Shown: positions 12,805 to 28,321 of the stretch, one piece after another
Position numbering within the stretch: position 1 is the stretch's first letter
Layout of the letters: each line of letters begins with the position of its first letter
Assembly: GCF_009914755.1 (NCBI RefSeq)
Contig: NC_060927.1
Length of the DNA: 64,000 bases
DNA from: the human T2T-CHM13v2.0 reference genome, Homo sapiens
Reading direction: 5' to 3' (one strand)
Program-made: the position numbers and the translations under genes
Notes under the pieces: model-generated
What the model was told of the DNA's origin: nothing
Databases searched by the model: none
Seen by the model: the letters and a program-made list of their open reading frames with translations, nothing else

Positions 12805-12905
12805 GTATGTTTGAGGTACTCATCTGGCCTTTTCATTTTACAGATGAGGAAATACCCACAGGCGGTTGAGCAAATTCCTGAAGAGCATACAACTTGTAAG
12901 ATGAT
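12805..12905 (-). mobile_element. MIR fragment
   Basis: CATTTTACAGATGAGGAAA..GGTTGAGCAAATTCCTGAAG..ACAACTTGTAAG. Confidence 0.7.
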
Positions 12906-13389
12906 GACTTCAAAGCTCTTTGAGTGCTATCAGAATTTGTGAGTAACAGAGGCTTCAGCCTATGGATGGGGATGGAGGCTACACAATTTGAGGTAGGGAA
13001 GGGTGGGAGTTTGGGAACCAAAAGTAGTTACTAGCCTGTTACCAAAGATAGATTTTGGTTGCAAAGAGGCAAAGTAAACTGCCAGTGACCTCACCACAAG
13101 GCAGGGGCAGACTTCCTGCTAAGGCATTAAGACCTTCTCAGTCATCTGGGGAACAAAGTGGCATTCACAAGGAACCGCCTCTGACCGCAGACCTACTGGG
13201 TAGTGGAGGTTTTTCATTCTTAAGTTTGTTCTTTCATTCCTATCAACTTGCAGATTTTCTACTGTCATCACCCACCTCCTCTCAAACCCTCATTTCTATT
13301 CAGCTTAGATCTCCTCTTTTCCTTTTGTTTTCTCCTCGATTATTTTTATCTTATTTTATGCCATCATGCCCCATTTCAAAGAAATGTTC

Positions 13390-13840
13390 TTGTTTTCTTA
13401 AAGCCTTCTACGTAAGATCCATTTAGCTCCTCATTCCTACAGAAACCTGGATTTCCTGTGGCAAAACCACTTCCCTCACAAAATTCCAAGTACACTCTTT
13501 TTATTCTTCATCCTGCCTCCTGTTCTCTTGGTCTCTGAGTCATCCAAAGCCTAGGTCATCCATGACTTATACTGAAATCCTATCTTCTCTGTCAGCAAGA
13601 TTCTGTTTCAAAAAAAGGAGCCATTGCCCCCTCTTCATGTCTAGTAACAATGCCTTAGTTCGTACACTTAGAGTTTCTAACTCAAAACATTGTAATTGAC
13701 TTTTGAATGATTTTTCCACCTCCTTCTTCCCTTTCAGCTCATTCTTCAAGCCACCAGAGCTTTTTGTGTAAACCACAACACTGATAATGTCATTACAGCA
13801 CATGTGTTATCACTTCCAAGATAAAGTCAAAGTGCCTTGG
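13390..13840 (+). mobile_element. Degraded L2 fragments
   Basis: CCTACAGAAACCTGGATTTCC (TETW-like endonuclease motif); pyrimidine-rich L2-like 3' segment ending GATAAAGTCAAAGTGCCTT. Confidence 0.45.
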
Positions 13841-13859
13841 CAGTAAAAATGCTTTGTCC

Positions 13860-14095
13860 TAGTGAATTATATGCTTTCTTATGTTTTGATCTAGTGATTT
13901 GGTTTATAAGAACTTCTTTTAAAGAAATAATCAGATTTAGAGAAATGTTTATTTTAATAATATTCTCTGTAATGCTATTTAGAAGAACCAAAGAACAAAC
14001 TCAAGTGTTCCTAAATAGAGAAGCCATTTTAAATTTTAAAATATCCATAAAGTGAATTACAATGTAACCATCCAAAATTATGTTTATAAAAAGTG
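13860..14095 (+). mobile_element. L1ME-like 3' fragment, left half (continues at ~21995-22240 after the L1MD insertion)
   Basis: TTTTGATCTAGTGATT..AAAGAAATAATCAGA..AAGTGTTCCTAAATAG..ATATCCATAAAGTGAATTAC. Confidence 0.5.
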
Positions 14096-15845
14096 CTGTT
14101 GCCAGCCAATATGGATAAGCATACTATAGCTTAATTCCCTAACTGATTACAACTAAAACCTGTAGACAAAATACAAAAAGTAATTACCTGAATAGGATAA
14201 AAAAGCAGGCAGGTTGGAGAGGGAAAGTCAAAACTGAAAAAGGAAACTCATGTGAGTATAATTTTTGGGGGAGTTTTTTTTTTTTTTTGTCTTTTCTTTT
14301 CTTTCATGAACTAGGCCTGAGAGTGAACTCCAATAACAGAAATCTGGGGGTAGCACAGGCACCTAAGACTGCAAGACAAACCTAATCTTTTTGGTCAGAG
14401 GATTGGGCAAAACATCCCCTGCAAAACAGAAAATGTAGGGGAATCCAGTAGAAAAGAGGGCAGAAGAAGGAAATTTCCTAATTCTATGTATAAATTAGCT
14501 AAACTCCTGAGCTCATCTCTGAGTTGTGAATGCATAGGAAAACCCCAAAGTAACACAGAAAAAACTTCAAGAATTGAGCCATAATATAAAGCACCACCTC
14601 TTAGTTTCTGACTAATCCCTGGTGACACGAGTGGCACAGGCTGAAAGCAATGTAGCAAAGGTTTAGAAACTAAACTGATATTAAAACCACTAATCACCTT
14701 TTGAAACCAAAAAGGTAAGAAAAATTTTAATAAGTTACTAAATATGTCAACTACCTGCTAAAAACAATAACTCTATATTTTGTTTAGAAGTTTTAGTTAT
14801 AATCAGCTGGTGAGTTAAGCTACAGTGGGCTTATCCATTGAGCTGGCAATGGAACATATTATAAATAAACAACATTGTCAACAGGCTTTTAATAAAACCT
14901 ACAATCTCACAGAATAATATCAAAAATGTGTAGTGTATACTCCAAAAAATTATACATAATCCAAGAAACTATGATGAATTGTCAAGGAAAAATACAATCA
15001 ACTAATGCTAAACACAAGGCAACCCAAATGTTGGAATTACACAGAATGACTTTATAGCAAAGAACATAACTATCCTTTAGTTGTAGGTGTAGTTAAAAGT
15101 AAACACACTGGAAATAAATTGAAATATAGTAATTTTCAGCAGTGAATTAAAAACAATTTAAAAATGAAAACGTTAGAACAAGAAAATATAATAGATAAAA
15201 ATTTTAAAATTCACTGGTGAGTTTACCTACTGAATGAAGAAAACAGACGAAAGAGACTGGAAACTTGGAGACAGCCCAACAGAAATTATCTGTTAATTAA
15301 TTTATTTGTTAAGAAACATAAGGGAAAATGTTGAAAAAAATAACAGACTCTAGGTGCCTGTGGGAAAAATATCAAAAGTTATAACATCCTTGTCACTTGA
15401 GTCCTATAAGGAGAAGCTCAGAAAACTTTTAAAAGGATAAACTCAAAGAAAATTAGGATTAGACAGATCATGATCAAAGTGGTAAATACCAAACATTACA
15501 TAGAGTGAGCACGAATTGCAATGATTGAAGTTTCCTCATCAGAAAACATGAAAGCCAGAATACAGCAAAATAAATCTTTAAGATACTGGAAGAAAAAACA
15601 CTGTCAACACAAAATTATATAGCCAATGAAAACATCTTTTAGATATGAATGCGAAATGAAGACCTTACCAGATGAAGGAAAGCTAAGAGAATTTGCTAAT
15701 AGCAGATCTATTCCAAATGAAATACTAAAGGAATTTCTTTAGGCTTAAGGGAAATAATATCACAGGGAATCCTGAAACTTCAGAAATGGAGAAAGAACAA
15801 CAGAAATGATAAATATCTGGTTAAATATACTATTTTCTTTTATTC

Positions 15846-16912
15846 ATTTTTTTAAAGTTAAAAATGTGAAGGTACACAATAGGTGTATATATTTATGGGA
15901 TATATGAGATGTTTTGATATAGGCATACAATGTGTAATATCCTTTCTTGGTGTTACAAACAATCCAATTATATTCTTTTAGTTATTTTGAAATGTACAAT
16001 AAATTAGTGTTGTAGTCACCCTGTTGTGCTATCAAATACTAGATCTTATTCATTCTAACTATATTTTTTGTACCCATTAACTATCTCTACTTCCCCCTTT
16101 CAACCATTACCCTTCCGAGCCTCTGGTAATCATCACTCTACTCCCTATCTCCATGGGTTCAATAATTTTAATATTTAGCTCCCACAAATAAATGAGATCA
16201 TGTGAAGTTTCTCTTTCTGTGCCTAGCTTATTTCACTTAAGATAATGTCCTCTAGCTGGATAGTACTCCATTGTGTATATATACCACATTTTCCTTATCT
16301 ATTTGTCTATTGATGGCCACAGGTTGATTCCAAATCTTGGCTATTGTGAATAGTGCTGCAATAAACATAGAAGTGCAGACACTCTTCGATATACTGATAT
16401 CCTTTCTTTTGGATATATACCTAGCACGAGATTGCTGGATCATATGGTAGTTCTATTTTCAGTATTTTGAGGAACTTCTAAACTATTTTCCATAGTGACT
16501 GTGCTAATTTACATTCCCATCAACAATATATGAGGGTTACCCTTTCTCCACATACTCTCAAGAATTTGTTATTGCCTGTCTGTTGGATAAAAGCCATTTT
16601 AACTGGGGTGATATAATATCTCATTATAGTTCTTATTAGCATTTTTCTGATGATCAGTGATTTTGAGCACCTTTTTATATACCTGTGTGCCATACGTATG
16701 TCTTCTTTTGAGGAATGTCTATTCATCTTTTGCCCATATTTTAATTGGATTATTAGATTTTTTTCCTATTTTGTTGTTTGAGTTCCTTGTATATCTGGTT
16801 ATTAATTCCTTGTCAGATGGATAGATGGCAAATATTTTCTCCATTTTGTGGGTCTCTCTTCACTTTATTGATTGTTTCCTTGGATGTGCAGAAACTTTTT
16901 AACTTTATATGA
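15846..16912 (-). mobile_element. L1MA1-3-like 3' end nested in the older L1
   Basis: GGTGTATATATTTATGGGATATATGAGATGTTTTGATATAGGCATACAATG; ORF2 C-terminal translation MFIAALFTIAKIWNQP and CSKSLIIRKM. Confidence 0.9.
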
Positions 16913-17386
16913 CCTTTCTTCAGTTTTTAAAAAATGTATATAACTGTTGAAAGCAAAAATTATTAAGTATTTTGTGTGATTTTGAAATATAATTAGATGC
17001 AATGCACATGACACCTAGAACAAGTAGATAGTAAACAAACCTACATGGTTGTAAGACTTCTACATTTTACTTTAAATGATAAAATATTAACTCAAATAAA
17101 CAGTGAAATGTTGAGTAGACATACTGTGATCCATAGAAAAACTATTGAAATAAATAGAAGCTTTACCAAAAAGCCAATATATTAATTAAAATGGAACACT
17201 AAAAACAGTTTAATTAATTACCAAAAACGTCAAGAAAATGAAACATGAAACAAGAAATAGAGGAGACAAAGAATATTAGTAATAAAAAGATAATAAATTA
17301 ATAATCAACCAAATCTAATCAGATCAACAATTAAATTAAATGTAAATGATCTAAACACACTAAGAGATAGATTTTCAGGTTTTTAA

Positions 17387-17706
<320 letters not shown>

Positions 17707-17788
17707 CAATTTTCAGGTTTTTTAAAAAGAAGGCTCAAGTATATGTTGTCTATAAGTAATCCATTTTGAATATAAAATAACTGGTTAA

Positions 17789-18118
<330 letters not shown>

Positions 18119-19711
18119 TTACTTAAAAAGCTAGAGTGTCTATATTAATATAAAACAAAATAGACTTTATAACAAGAAATATTAGTACGGATGAAGAGGG
18201 ATATTACATAATGATAAAGATGTCAATATACCAAAAAGAGATTACAATCAGAATTGTTGATGAACATAATACCAGGGCTTTAAAATAGCTGGAGCCAAAC
18301 CAGAAAGAAACCTGAGAAACAGACAAAACAGACATTATACTTAGATATCTCAAAACTCTTCCCCCCAAAATTGGTAGAACAAATAGACAGAAAATAAGCT
18401 AATATATGGAATATTTGACCAACACTATAACCTCCTGTCCTAATTGACATTAAGAAAACACTCTACCAAACAAGAGAAAAATATTTATTTCCAGTGCACA
18501 TGAAACATTAACTAAAATCGACCATATTATAGGCCACAGAACAAATCATAGCAAATATAAAAAATCAAAATCATACAACAAATATTCTCAGTTCATGAAT
18601 AAATTCAACTAGAATTCAGTTACATAAAGATATCAGAAAATTGCCACAAATATTTCAAAATGAACTATGTTCTTCTAAAAAACCTATGGATCAAAAAGGA
18701 AGTGATAAAAATAAGAAAATATTTACAGTCGAATAACAATGAAATTAATGCAGCTAATGCAATGTTTAAAGGGAAATTTATTAGCACTGATTATTTTAGA
18801 AAAGAAGAAACTTATAATCTAAACTTCTACAATAAAACACATGAAAGGAGACCAAAGCAAACAAAAAGAAGGAACTGGTCAAGAACAAAATTCCATAATC
18901 TTGAAAACAGAAAATTTTTAAAAAATCAATAAAACCAATAGATGGTTATTTGAAAAGATGTATGACTAGCAAGAATAACCAAGGAAACAAGAGATAAGTT
19001 GCAAATTACCAATATCAGAAATGAAAAAGGTAAAATTACCACAGACATTTAAGAGAGAATAAGAGAAAACCATGAATAACTCATACATAAAAATGGCAAT
19101 GTGGATAAAGCAGACCGATTTCTTGGAAGATAAAAACTACCTAATCTTACTTAAAATGGAATAGAAAACCTAAATACCTCTATATCTATAAAAGATATTT
19201 AATTTATAAACATTTTCCAAAAAAATTTTAAAAAAACTACAGGCCAAGATGGTTTCACTGATGAATTCTAGCAGACACTTCTGGATGAAATAAACCCAGT
19301 CCTGTACAATGACTTCCAGAAATCATAAGAGGAAACTCTTCCCAAATCATTTCATGAAGCCAGAATTACCTTGATACCAAAACCAGACAATGATATTAAA
19401 AAAAACTATAAACCAATATTCTTTGTAAACAGACACACAAAAATCCTAAACAAAATAATATCAGATTGAATCCAGAAAGGTATGAAAAATATAATTCATC
19501 ACAGCTAAGTGAGGTTTGTCCTGGAAATGTAAGATTGGTACAACATTTGAAAATTAATCAATGTAATTCACTATACCAACATTCTAAAGATTAAAAAACA
19601 GATCATCTCAATAAATGTAGGAAAAGGCTTTAAAAACTTCAATATGTATTCATGATCTTAGCAAATGAGGACAAGATAAATTCCTTAGTTTGAAAAAGGT
19701 CATCTACCAAA

Positions 19712-19713
<2 letters not shown>

Positions 19714-19744
<31 letters not shown>
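19714..19744. repeat. (AC)n microsatellite, ~15 units
   Basis: Uninterrupted ACACAC run. Confidence 0.95.
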
Positions 19745-19745
<1 letters not shown>

Positions 19746-20137
19746 TACAATTAATATGATACTCAATGGTAAAAGTCCAGATGTCTTTTCCCTAAGATCA
19801 GGATCAGGAACAGGACAAGGATGTCCATTCTCACTGCTCCTATTCAACATTATACTGAAAGTCCTGGGCAGTGCAATAAAACAATAAAAAGAAATAAAAG
19901 ATGTACAAATTGGAAAGGAGGAATATACTTTATTCTCAGAAATAATTTTCTACATAAAATAATATTTAAAAATCTGCAAAAAGCACTTATTACCAATTAG
20001 TGTGTTTAGCAAAGTCAGAAAATACAAGATCAAATATGTCTAGAATGAGCATCCTGAAAACTACCAAATACTGAAGAAAGAATCAAAGACTTAAATAATT
20101 GAATGATGAATCATGTTGTTCATGAATTGGTGAACTA

Positions 20138-20620
<483 letters not shown>

Positions 20621-21994
20621 TTAATTTCAAGACTTACTATAAAAGCCACAGTAATAGACATTGTGGTATTGGAGTAAGGATAGACACAGAGGTCAATCAA
20701 ATAGAATAGAGAGTCCAGAAATAGACCCATATTAATATGGTCAATAGATTTAGACAAAAGTACAAAGTCAATTCAATGGAGAAAAGATAGTCTATTATAC
20801 AAATGGTGCTAAAACAATTACATACACATATGCAAAATAAAGTGAACCTCAACACATACTTTATACCTTATACAAAATTTAACACAAAATAGTACATGGA
20901 CCTAAATGCAAAAACTAAAACTGTAAAACTCATAGAAAAAAGTGCAAGAAAAAAACTTTTTAACTATACACAAAAAGACTTTAGATAGACCAAAAATGCA
21001 AACTAAAAAAGAAAAAATATATACAAACTAACCTCATTAAAAATATAAACTTTGCCCTGTTAAGTAAAAGCAAGCCACATACTGGGAGAAAATATTTGCC
21101 AATCACATATCTTAATCCATATTATATAAGGAATTCTGAAAATTCGATAATAAGAAAACAAACTGCCTATTTTTTTAATGGGAAAGATGTTTGAAAAGAA
21201 ACTTCACAAAAGAAGTATGGATTCGAATAAGCATGTAAAAAAATGTTCAATGGCAGCCATCAAGTAAATGCTTATTAAAACCGCAATGGGATGCCATTAC
21301 ACCTATGGAAATGGTTCTAAATGGTTTAAAAATACTGAGAATATCAACGTGCTGATGAGAATCCAGAACAACCAGAGTGCTAATACTTTGCTTGTGAGAA
21401 TGTAAACTGCTATGGCTACTTTGGAAAATAGCTTGCCAGCTTGTTTTAAATTTAAATGTAGATGCACATTTATGATACAGCAATCTCACTCCTAGCTATT
21501 TACCCAAGATAAATTAAAGCTTATGTTCACACAAAAACCTGTGTGGAGGTTTTAACAGCTTTATTTATAGTCGCCAAAAACTGGAAGAAACTCAAATGTC
21601 CTTCAGTTGTCAAATGAATGAACAAACTCTGGTACCTTCACACAGTAAAATGCTAATCAGCAGCAAAAAAAAAACTTGACAATTAAAGGCAACAACGTGA
21701 GTGAATCTCAGATCATTTTATTATATGATATTATAGAAAAGGAAAAATATAGTGATGATTACTTGTTAGTAATAGATTAGTGGTTGCCAGTTTTGAGGTT
21801 TTGAGGGCTGGGGAACGGATAAACAACAAAAACAAAATATATGAAAATTTGAGGGCAGTGATGAGGGAACTGCTCTGTCTTGATTATGGTGGTAGTTATG
21901 CAACTCTGCAGTTGTCAAAGCTCATAGAACCACATACGAAAATGAGTGATTTTGACTGTATGTAATTTTTGTAAATAATAAAACATTTTAAAAT

Positions 21995-22240
21995 ATCACA
22001 TTTGGAAAGATATTTAATTACATGGGAAATTCTCATTACAAAATCAAGACAAAATTATTTCTCAATTTTGTGAAGAAAAGAAAGTCAATGGAAAAAAAAT
22101 ACTTCCAAACATTAATCCCAAAAGCTACCATGTCAAGATAGAGAGATTATAGATGACTTTTATTTTCTCCTTTCTCCTACTTTCCCACAGAAGTGTCTAC
22201 AAAGAGCATATATTACTTTTAAAATCAGAAAAAAATCGTT
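21995..22240 (+). mobile_element. L1ME-like 3' end, right half
   Basis: ATATTTAATTACATGGGAAA..GAGATTATAGATGACTTTTATTTTCT..GAGCATATATTACTTTTAAAATCAGAAAAAAA. Confidence 0.6.
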
Positions 22241-22269
22241 TTTTAAAATAAATAATCATGACTAATAAC

Positions 22270-22800
22270 TGCCCATTGGATTTCTCCACATAAATAATCC
22301 ATAGACTTTTAGAATACATATGTATACATGTATATATGTATAAAACTATGTTCTTTTCCCTACTAAACTTTCTCTTCTCTTTATCTTTGCTGTCATAGTG
22401 AAAAGCTCATCATCCATCCAGTGTGCCATTCCTCAAAACCAAAACTGATCTTTGATCCTCTGTATTTCACATCTACCTTCCCGATTTCACCCATTCTCCT
22501 AAATTCCCTGTTGCTTTAAACTCCGAAATATTTCTTGAATTTATTTCTTTCTACCTGTACTGGTACTATCTAGCTATAAGGGCTAATTATTTTCCAATAG
22601 AAAACTGCAACATTCTGTTTCTCTTTGTTTAGAATGACCTTCTTCCCATCTAACATCCAAAACACCATGAAACTAACTTTGTGAAAAACAAATTTGACCA
22701 TATAGTGCTTCTGCTTTAAACATATGAGTAGCCACCTCTTGCCTGTAGAATAAAGTGTAAGCTTTCTAATGTGGTATATGAGGTCCTTTATTACATTAGA
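22270..22800 (+). mobile_element. L2 fragment
   Basis: CATCATCCATCCAGT.., AAAAACAAATTTGACCAT..CTTCTGCTTTAAA..GCCTGTAGAATAAAGTGTAAGCT..GTGGTATATGAGGTCCTT. Confidence 0.65.
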
Positions 22801-24289
22801 TATTTCATAAATAAATTTATAATTAAATTAATAAATGAATGAGCAAAAGAACATATTATACTTAGAGGGTATATTTGCAAAAGATGCAACATAAATGTAT
22901 AATTAACTTACGACTTTCCACCCATTTTACCCTCACCCCAACTTAAATGCTTCTCTTATGCTTCTGGGGGAAGTAGGTGAGACTATGATATGAAATTCCT
23001 GCTCGAAGAGAGTCTTTACTTAGATAAAGTCAACTTTATATTTATTCTAGTGTTTTTCTAGAACTTCTTAACACCCTTTATTCTTTTTAATTTTCTCCCC
23101 TCAGAACTTGACTCAGGAAGGAGGTCCAAAAACAGGCCTAAACAACTTTCATCCATTCATATCTCTCTAAGCACTCTTATGAATAAGAGATAAAGAGGAA
23201 AAAAGGGCATCTTGAATTTTTGTGAAAAGAGAAAAATTAAGGTTCCTTTGCAATTTATTAATCTACTTATTTAATGACAGGGCATGCATACCTTGCTCTG
23301 TTAAAATAACATCTCACATGCTTATTTCCATTTGCAACCACACGATGATAAACTCATCATAAAAATTTGCTTATTATAATGTATTGCAACAAACCAAATA
23401 CCACCTCTTTGTATTACGACCTTATACTTTATTGTAGATGTGTAAATGAAACAGAAACATTAATCTAAATTAAATGTGGCATTAAGGCAGGAAATATGCC
23501 CAGAATAATATTCATTCCATTAGAGTGGCATTTAGATTTCAGAGTCTCCATCCTGGCTCTTCTCTGACTTAATAGATGCTGAAATGGGACAGACTCTTGT
23601 TTATTAAACACTTCTTGGAAGGCTTCATGCTGGTCATCTCAAAACACGTGTTTTCCCAAAAATAGTGGCTTCAGAATGGTAAATGGATATTTCATGTGTA
23701 ATTCAGTGGATTTTGTTTAACTCTAATTTTATTGTGTTTTATCAACAAATAGTATTTTGTAATCCAGTTATATTTCACAAGTGATCTTTTAAATTATTTT
23801 ACATTTGGATATTTAGTAAAAAAAAAAAAAGGCAATATGTAGAAGACCAAAAATAAGAATAAAAGTAAAGATTTATTCAAGTAAATTTATTCATAAGTGG
23901 CATAGAATTTTAACATTTAAAGTAGAATTATAATTATGCCTTTGTTAAACTATGATTGTAAAAGTGTAAGATATGTTGTAAGATGGATCATTATTTTAAT
24001 AATGACAATTATTTGTTTTTAAGTTAGAAAAGTAAAAACAAAATGAAACAAAATGGCCAATAAGTCCAGCTGTCATTTTAAGAATTAATAAATTTAAAAC
24101 TAATACATTCATATAAAAATATAATGAAATGTATATAATTTTTAATGTATATAAGGAAAATGTAAAACTACTTCTCTCTCCTCCACTAGGTTGTTGGCCC
24201 TAAATATAACAACAGTTAATATTTTTGAAATTCAGAAACAGCATTTCTCTAAAAAAAATACACCCTTTTGTACTTTGATATTTTTTAAC

Positions 24290-26592
24290 CTTTGCTATTG
24301 GCTTATTAGCATATATCTCTCTGTCTTACCCCTTTAATAGTTGCTCTAAGATTTACTATACAGCTTTCACATATTACAGTCTACATCAAATAATAAAAAA
24401 GCCACATATGTGTATTTTCTTCATCATGTCATTTTTTGTTGTTGTCATATGTTGTTTCTTCAGATGTTATAGAGTTTTATTACTTTGTTTAAAATAATCA
24501 ATTATTGGTTAAAGAAATTAAAATGAGAAGAATGTCTTTTATATATACCCACAGATTTAAAATTTCTAGTGCTAGTCATTCCTTTGTATCAACCCAAATT
24601 TCCATCTGGTATCATTGATTTTTACCATTAAGTTAATAGTAGTGCAGGTTTGGTGGTGATTAATTCTTTTGTCTAAAAATATCTGTATCTACCTTCATTT
24701 TTGAGAGATACTTTTACTGAATACAGAGATTTATGTTGAGAAATTTTTTTGTTCTTTCCGTATTCTAAAAATGTCCTTACCTTGTCTTCCGTCTTACAAA
24801 GTTTTTGGCAAAAAGTCATTTGCGGTTTATTTACCTGTATGTAACATTCTTTCTTTTCTGTCTGTTTTCAATATTTTTTTGGCAATTTTTTTCAGCAATT
24901 TGATTATAATTTTTGGTGTGGTTTCTTCTGCTCAGGTGCATTGAGTTTTTTTGACCTCAGGGTTTATAGTTTTCAACAAATTTTAAATAATTATAATTAT
25001 TATTTCTTCAAGTAATTTTTTCTATGCCCCCCATCAAATTATATAAGTTAAACAGATTGATTTTATTCCACCACTCACTTAATGCTGTGTTCTTTTTTTT
25101 TGCAGTCAATTTTGCCCAATATGTACTATTTTGAATAGTTTCTACTCTTATGACTTCAAATTCATTGATCTTTTCTTCTGCAGTGTCTAATCTCTTGCTA
25201 ATCCCATCTGTTATGGGCTGAATTATGTCACCCCTAAAATTCATATGTTGAAGTCTAAACCCCTAGGTATCTCAGAATGTGACTTTATTTGGCAATAGGG
25301 TCTTTAAAGAGGTAATTATGGTTATATGAGCTCATGGACCTCATTACAATATGACTGGTACTGTTATAAAAAAGGAGATTAAGACACAGAGGGAAAGCCA
25401 TGTGATGATACCAGAGGACAGCCATGTACAAAACCAAGGAGAGAGAGGTCTCAGAATGAAGCCAACCCTACTGACACCTTGTTATTAAAGCTTCTAGACT
25501 TAAGGATCACGACAAAATAAACTACCGTTTAAGCACCCCAGCCTGTGGTACTTTGTTATGGTAGCCCTACCAAACTATAATAATATACTATCTAAACTAT
25601 TTCTTATCTGTAGAAGTTCTACTTGGGTCTTTTTTTTTTTTTTTTACCTTTTTCCACTTCTCATCATGTGCCACTTTCTTCTATGTTAAATATGTAGAGC
25701 ATATTTATAATATCTGCTTTAATATTTTTCTCTGCTAATTTTATTATTTGTGTTATAATTGGGTCTGTGTTGATTGATGTTTCTCATTATAGGTCATATT
25801 TTTCTGCTTCTTTGCATGTCTGGTAATATTTTATTGGATAACACATTTTGAATGTTGCATTTTGGATCCTAGAGTTTTTTTGTATTTCTATAATAATATT
25901 TTACTTTATTGTGGCATGATGTTATTTGAAATCAATAGGATCCTTTTGAGGCTTGCTTACAAGGTTTATTAGGTCAGTCACAGTGCAATTTTTAGTCTAG
26001 GATATTTTAGCAAAAGTAATAAGGCAATGCTTATTGAAGATCTACCAAATACCCTGCATATTAAGATACCTTATTACTTTGCTGCTGGAATCACAAACAT
26101 TCCTCAGTCCTGAGCTCCAAGACTTGTTAAGCCTACTGCTTTCTGGGTGTTCTTTCCCTAGTCTTGAGCAGTCTTCTTCACATACATGTACAGATTAGAA
26201 TTTAGCCAAACACTTAAATGCACTCCACTACAGACTATGAAGCTCTGTCTCTGTGTGGCTCCTTTCTCTCTGGCACCCTGACAGTAAATTCTAACCACTT
26301 TGACCTTCTCAAAATATAATATCTGTCTCCTGAACTCAGTGAAACCTCCAGGCTCTATTTAGGTTCCCCCTCCCTGCATGGCAAGATAGAAATTACCTCC
26401 AGAGAGAAAATAAGAACTCATAAAATTCACCAACCTCATTCATTTACCTTCTCTCAAGGATTACAATCATATGTGGCCTGTGGTCCAATGTCTGAAAACT
26501 ACTGTTTCATATGTTTTGTCCAATTTTCTAATTGTTTAAGAACAGAGGGAAAATATGTTCCCTGTTATTCTATTATAGTCAGAAGAAGAAGT
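24290..26592 (-). mobile_element. Ancient L1 (L1M4/L1MC-type) 5'UTR + ORF1 region, interrupted by MLT1B
   Basis: TTTCCATCTGGTATCATT, CTTCAAATTCATTGATCTTTTCTTCTGCAGTGTCTAATCT (ORF1 coiled coil, SKRLDTAEEKINE), and 5' terminus CCCTGTTATTCTATTATAGTCAGAAGAAGAAGT. Confidence 0.8.
25209..25582 (+). mobile_element. MLT1B-like MaLR solo LTR
   Basis: TGTTATGGGCTGAATTATGTCACCCCTAAAATTCATATGTTGAAGTC..CTGTGGTACTTTGTTATGGTAGCCCTA. Confidence 0.88.
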
Positions 26593-26594
26593 TT

Positions 26595-27915
26595 GCACTT
26601 TCATTCTAAACTTTTCATATCATTATATTCAAGTCTAATCCATTGTATATATATTCCATTCAATTAATATAATAAATGTATTAACAAATGTATTAAATGA
26701 CATTTAGGTTATAGACAGTATTTTGCTATTTAAAATACTGTTGCAATAGCATTCTTATTCTTACAATACAGAATAATTTTGTGATTTTTTATTTTATTGG
26801 TCAAATTTGTAGAGCAGAATTTTCTGGATCAAAGAGTACAGATATAGATATTTTAAAATAAACATTTATAAATTATCCTTTGAAAAGTGCAAAATTAACA
26901 CTAATTCAAGTAGTGTATAAGGGAATATTTTTCCACAGTTTTCCCCAGCATAAGAAAATTAAGTTATACCAATCTGAGAGAAAAAGTCTTTTTGTTTTGA
27001 TTTTTACTTATTTAATTATATGTAAGACTGGGAATATTTTATATTTTATCAGCAATTTATTTTCATTTGCTGTCAATTGACCATTTTCTTTATTCAATAG
27101 GTATGAGCTTCTTGCAAAGAATAAATTTAGTTTATTGCCATATTTTTGGAACTATTTTTCACAGTTTTGTTTCTTTTAACTCATGTTATTTATGACATAC
27201 AGAATTTTTGAATATTTAAATTTTTCAATTTTTTTGGATTTTGGGCTCTTTTTTATAAGCTTTCCTCAAAAATACATTTTCTCATTTATCATTCTAAAAC
27301 TTGAATTTAACTTTTTACAATTAAATTTTTTAAAAATTTAAGCTGAATTTTGTTACAAAGAATAAAATAGAAAGTCTAGATTTATTTTTGTCCCAAATAA
27401 TTATCTAGCTGTTTTAACTCTATTGACCTCCTTTTCCCAATGCTAATTTACCTACCATATTTATCATTTTAAAAAAATCCTTTTTGTGGGCTTTATATAC
27501 ATTACTTTGTCTGGATATATATTTTATCTCTACTCTCAAATTTCCATTATTGTAACCTCTTAAGTTTCAGTATAGACTTTATGTTTCTTGGTTTTCTGGA
27601 TATATATATATATATTCCTGATTTTTTCAAATAGCTTAATAAGCTTCAATGTCTGATATAGCCAATGTACCCATTTTTCTTCTTTTAATAAATTCCCTGA
27701 ATATTGACACATACTTACTTTTCTAGATGAACTTTACTTTGAGTAGAAATTTATAGATTAATTTATAAGTGATTTATAAATTGGCAATGTAAGTTGTCCT
27801 TTGAAAAAATATAGTGTATGTTTATACTTACTTTAGTCCTCCCTTATATTGTAAACTATTGTATTTTATTATATTTTCTGCTGCATTTATTCTTACGTAT
27901 TTTGACTCTTTGATA
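26595..27915 (-). mobile_element. Highly degraded L1ME ORF2/3' region
   Basis: ATGACATTTAGGTT..TTTTGCTATT..GAATTTTCTGGATCAAAGAGTA..TTTCTAGATGAACTTTA; likely continuous with ~24100-24250 and 28322-28440. Confidence 0.6.
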
Positions 27916-27917
27916 TC

Positions 27918-28321
27918 TGTATCAATCAGGGAAGGCTAACTTCTGTAACAACAAACTCAAATTCCCAGTGACTTAGCAGAATAAGAGCTTGCCTCTTGCT
28001 CACACCATAGTCCATTCCAGTATGGAGAGCAGCTTTTCCTAAAGGGATGCCAAGACCCAGGCTATATCCATCTGTGCCTCTGCCTTGGAGTCATCCACTG
28101 GATCGTCAGCATTTTTCCAGGAGTTGAGAAAAGATAGTCATGGGAAAATACTTGGTTGTTGGTCTAAAAATAACACACATTATTTTTGTGCATATTCCAT
28201 TGTCTAAAACTAGTCACATATCTTGACCCAGCAAAAGCTGTGAAATGAAGCCTTCTTCTAGGCCGAAGAAGATAAAAAGGGGAAAAACAGTCTGATAAAC
28301 ATAAACATTGTCTCTGCTGCA
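27918..28321 (-). mobile_element. Old MaLR LTR (MLT1J/K-like)
   Basis: TGTATCAATCAGGGAAGGCTAA..TGTAACAACAAACTCAAATTCCCAGTGACTTA..TTCCATTGTCTAAAACTAGTCACAT. Confidence 0.7.
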
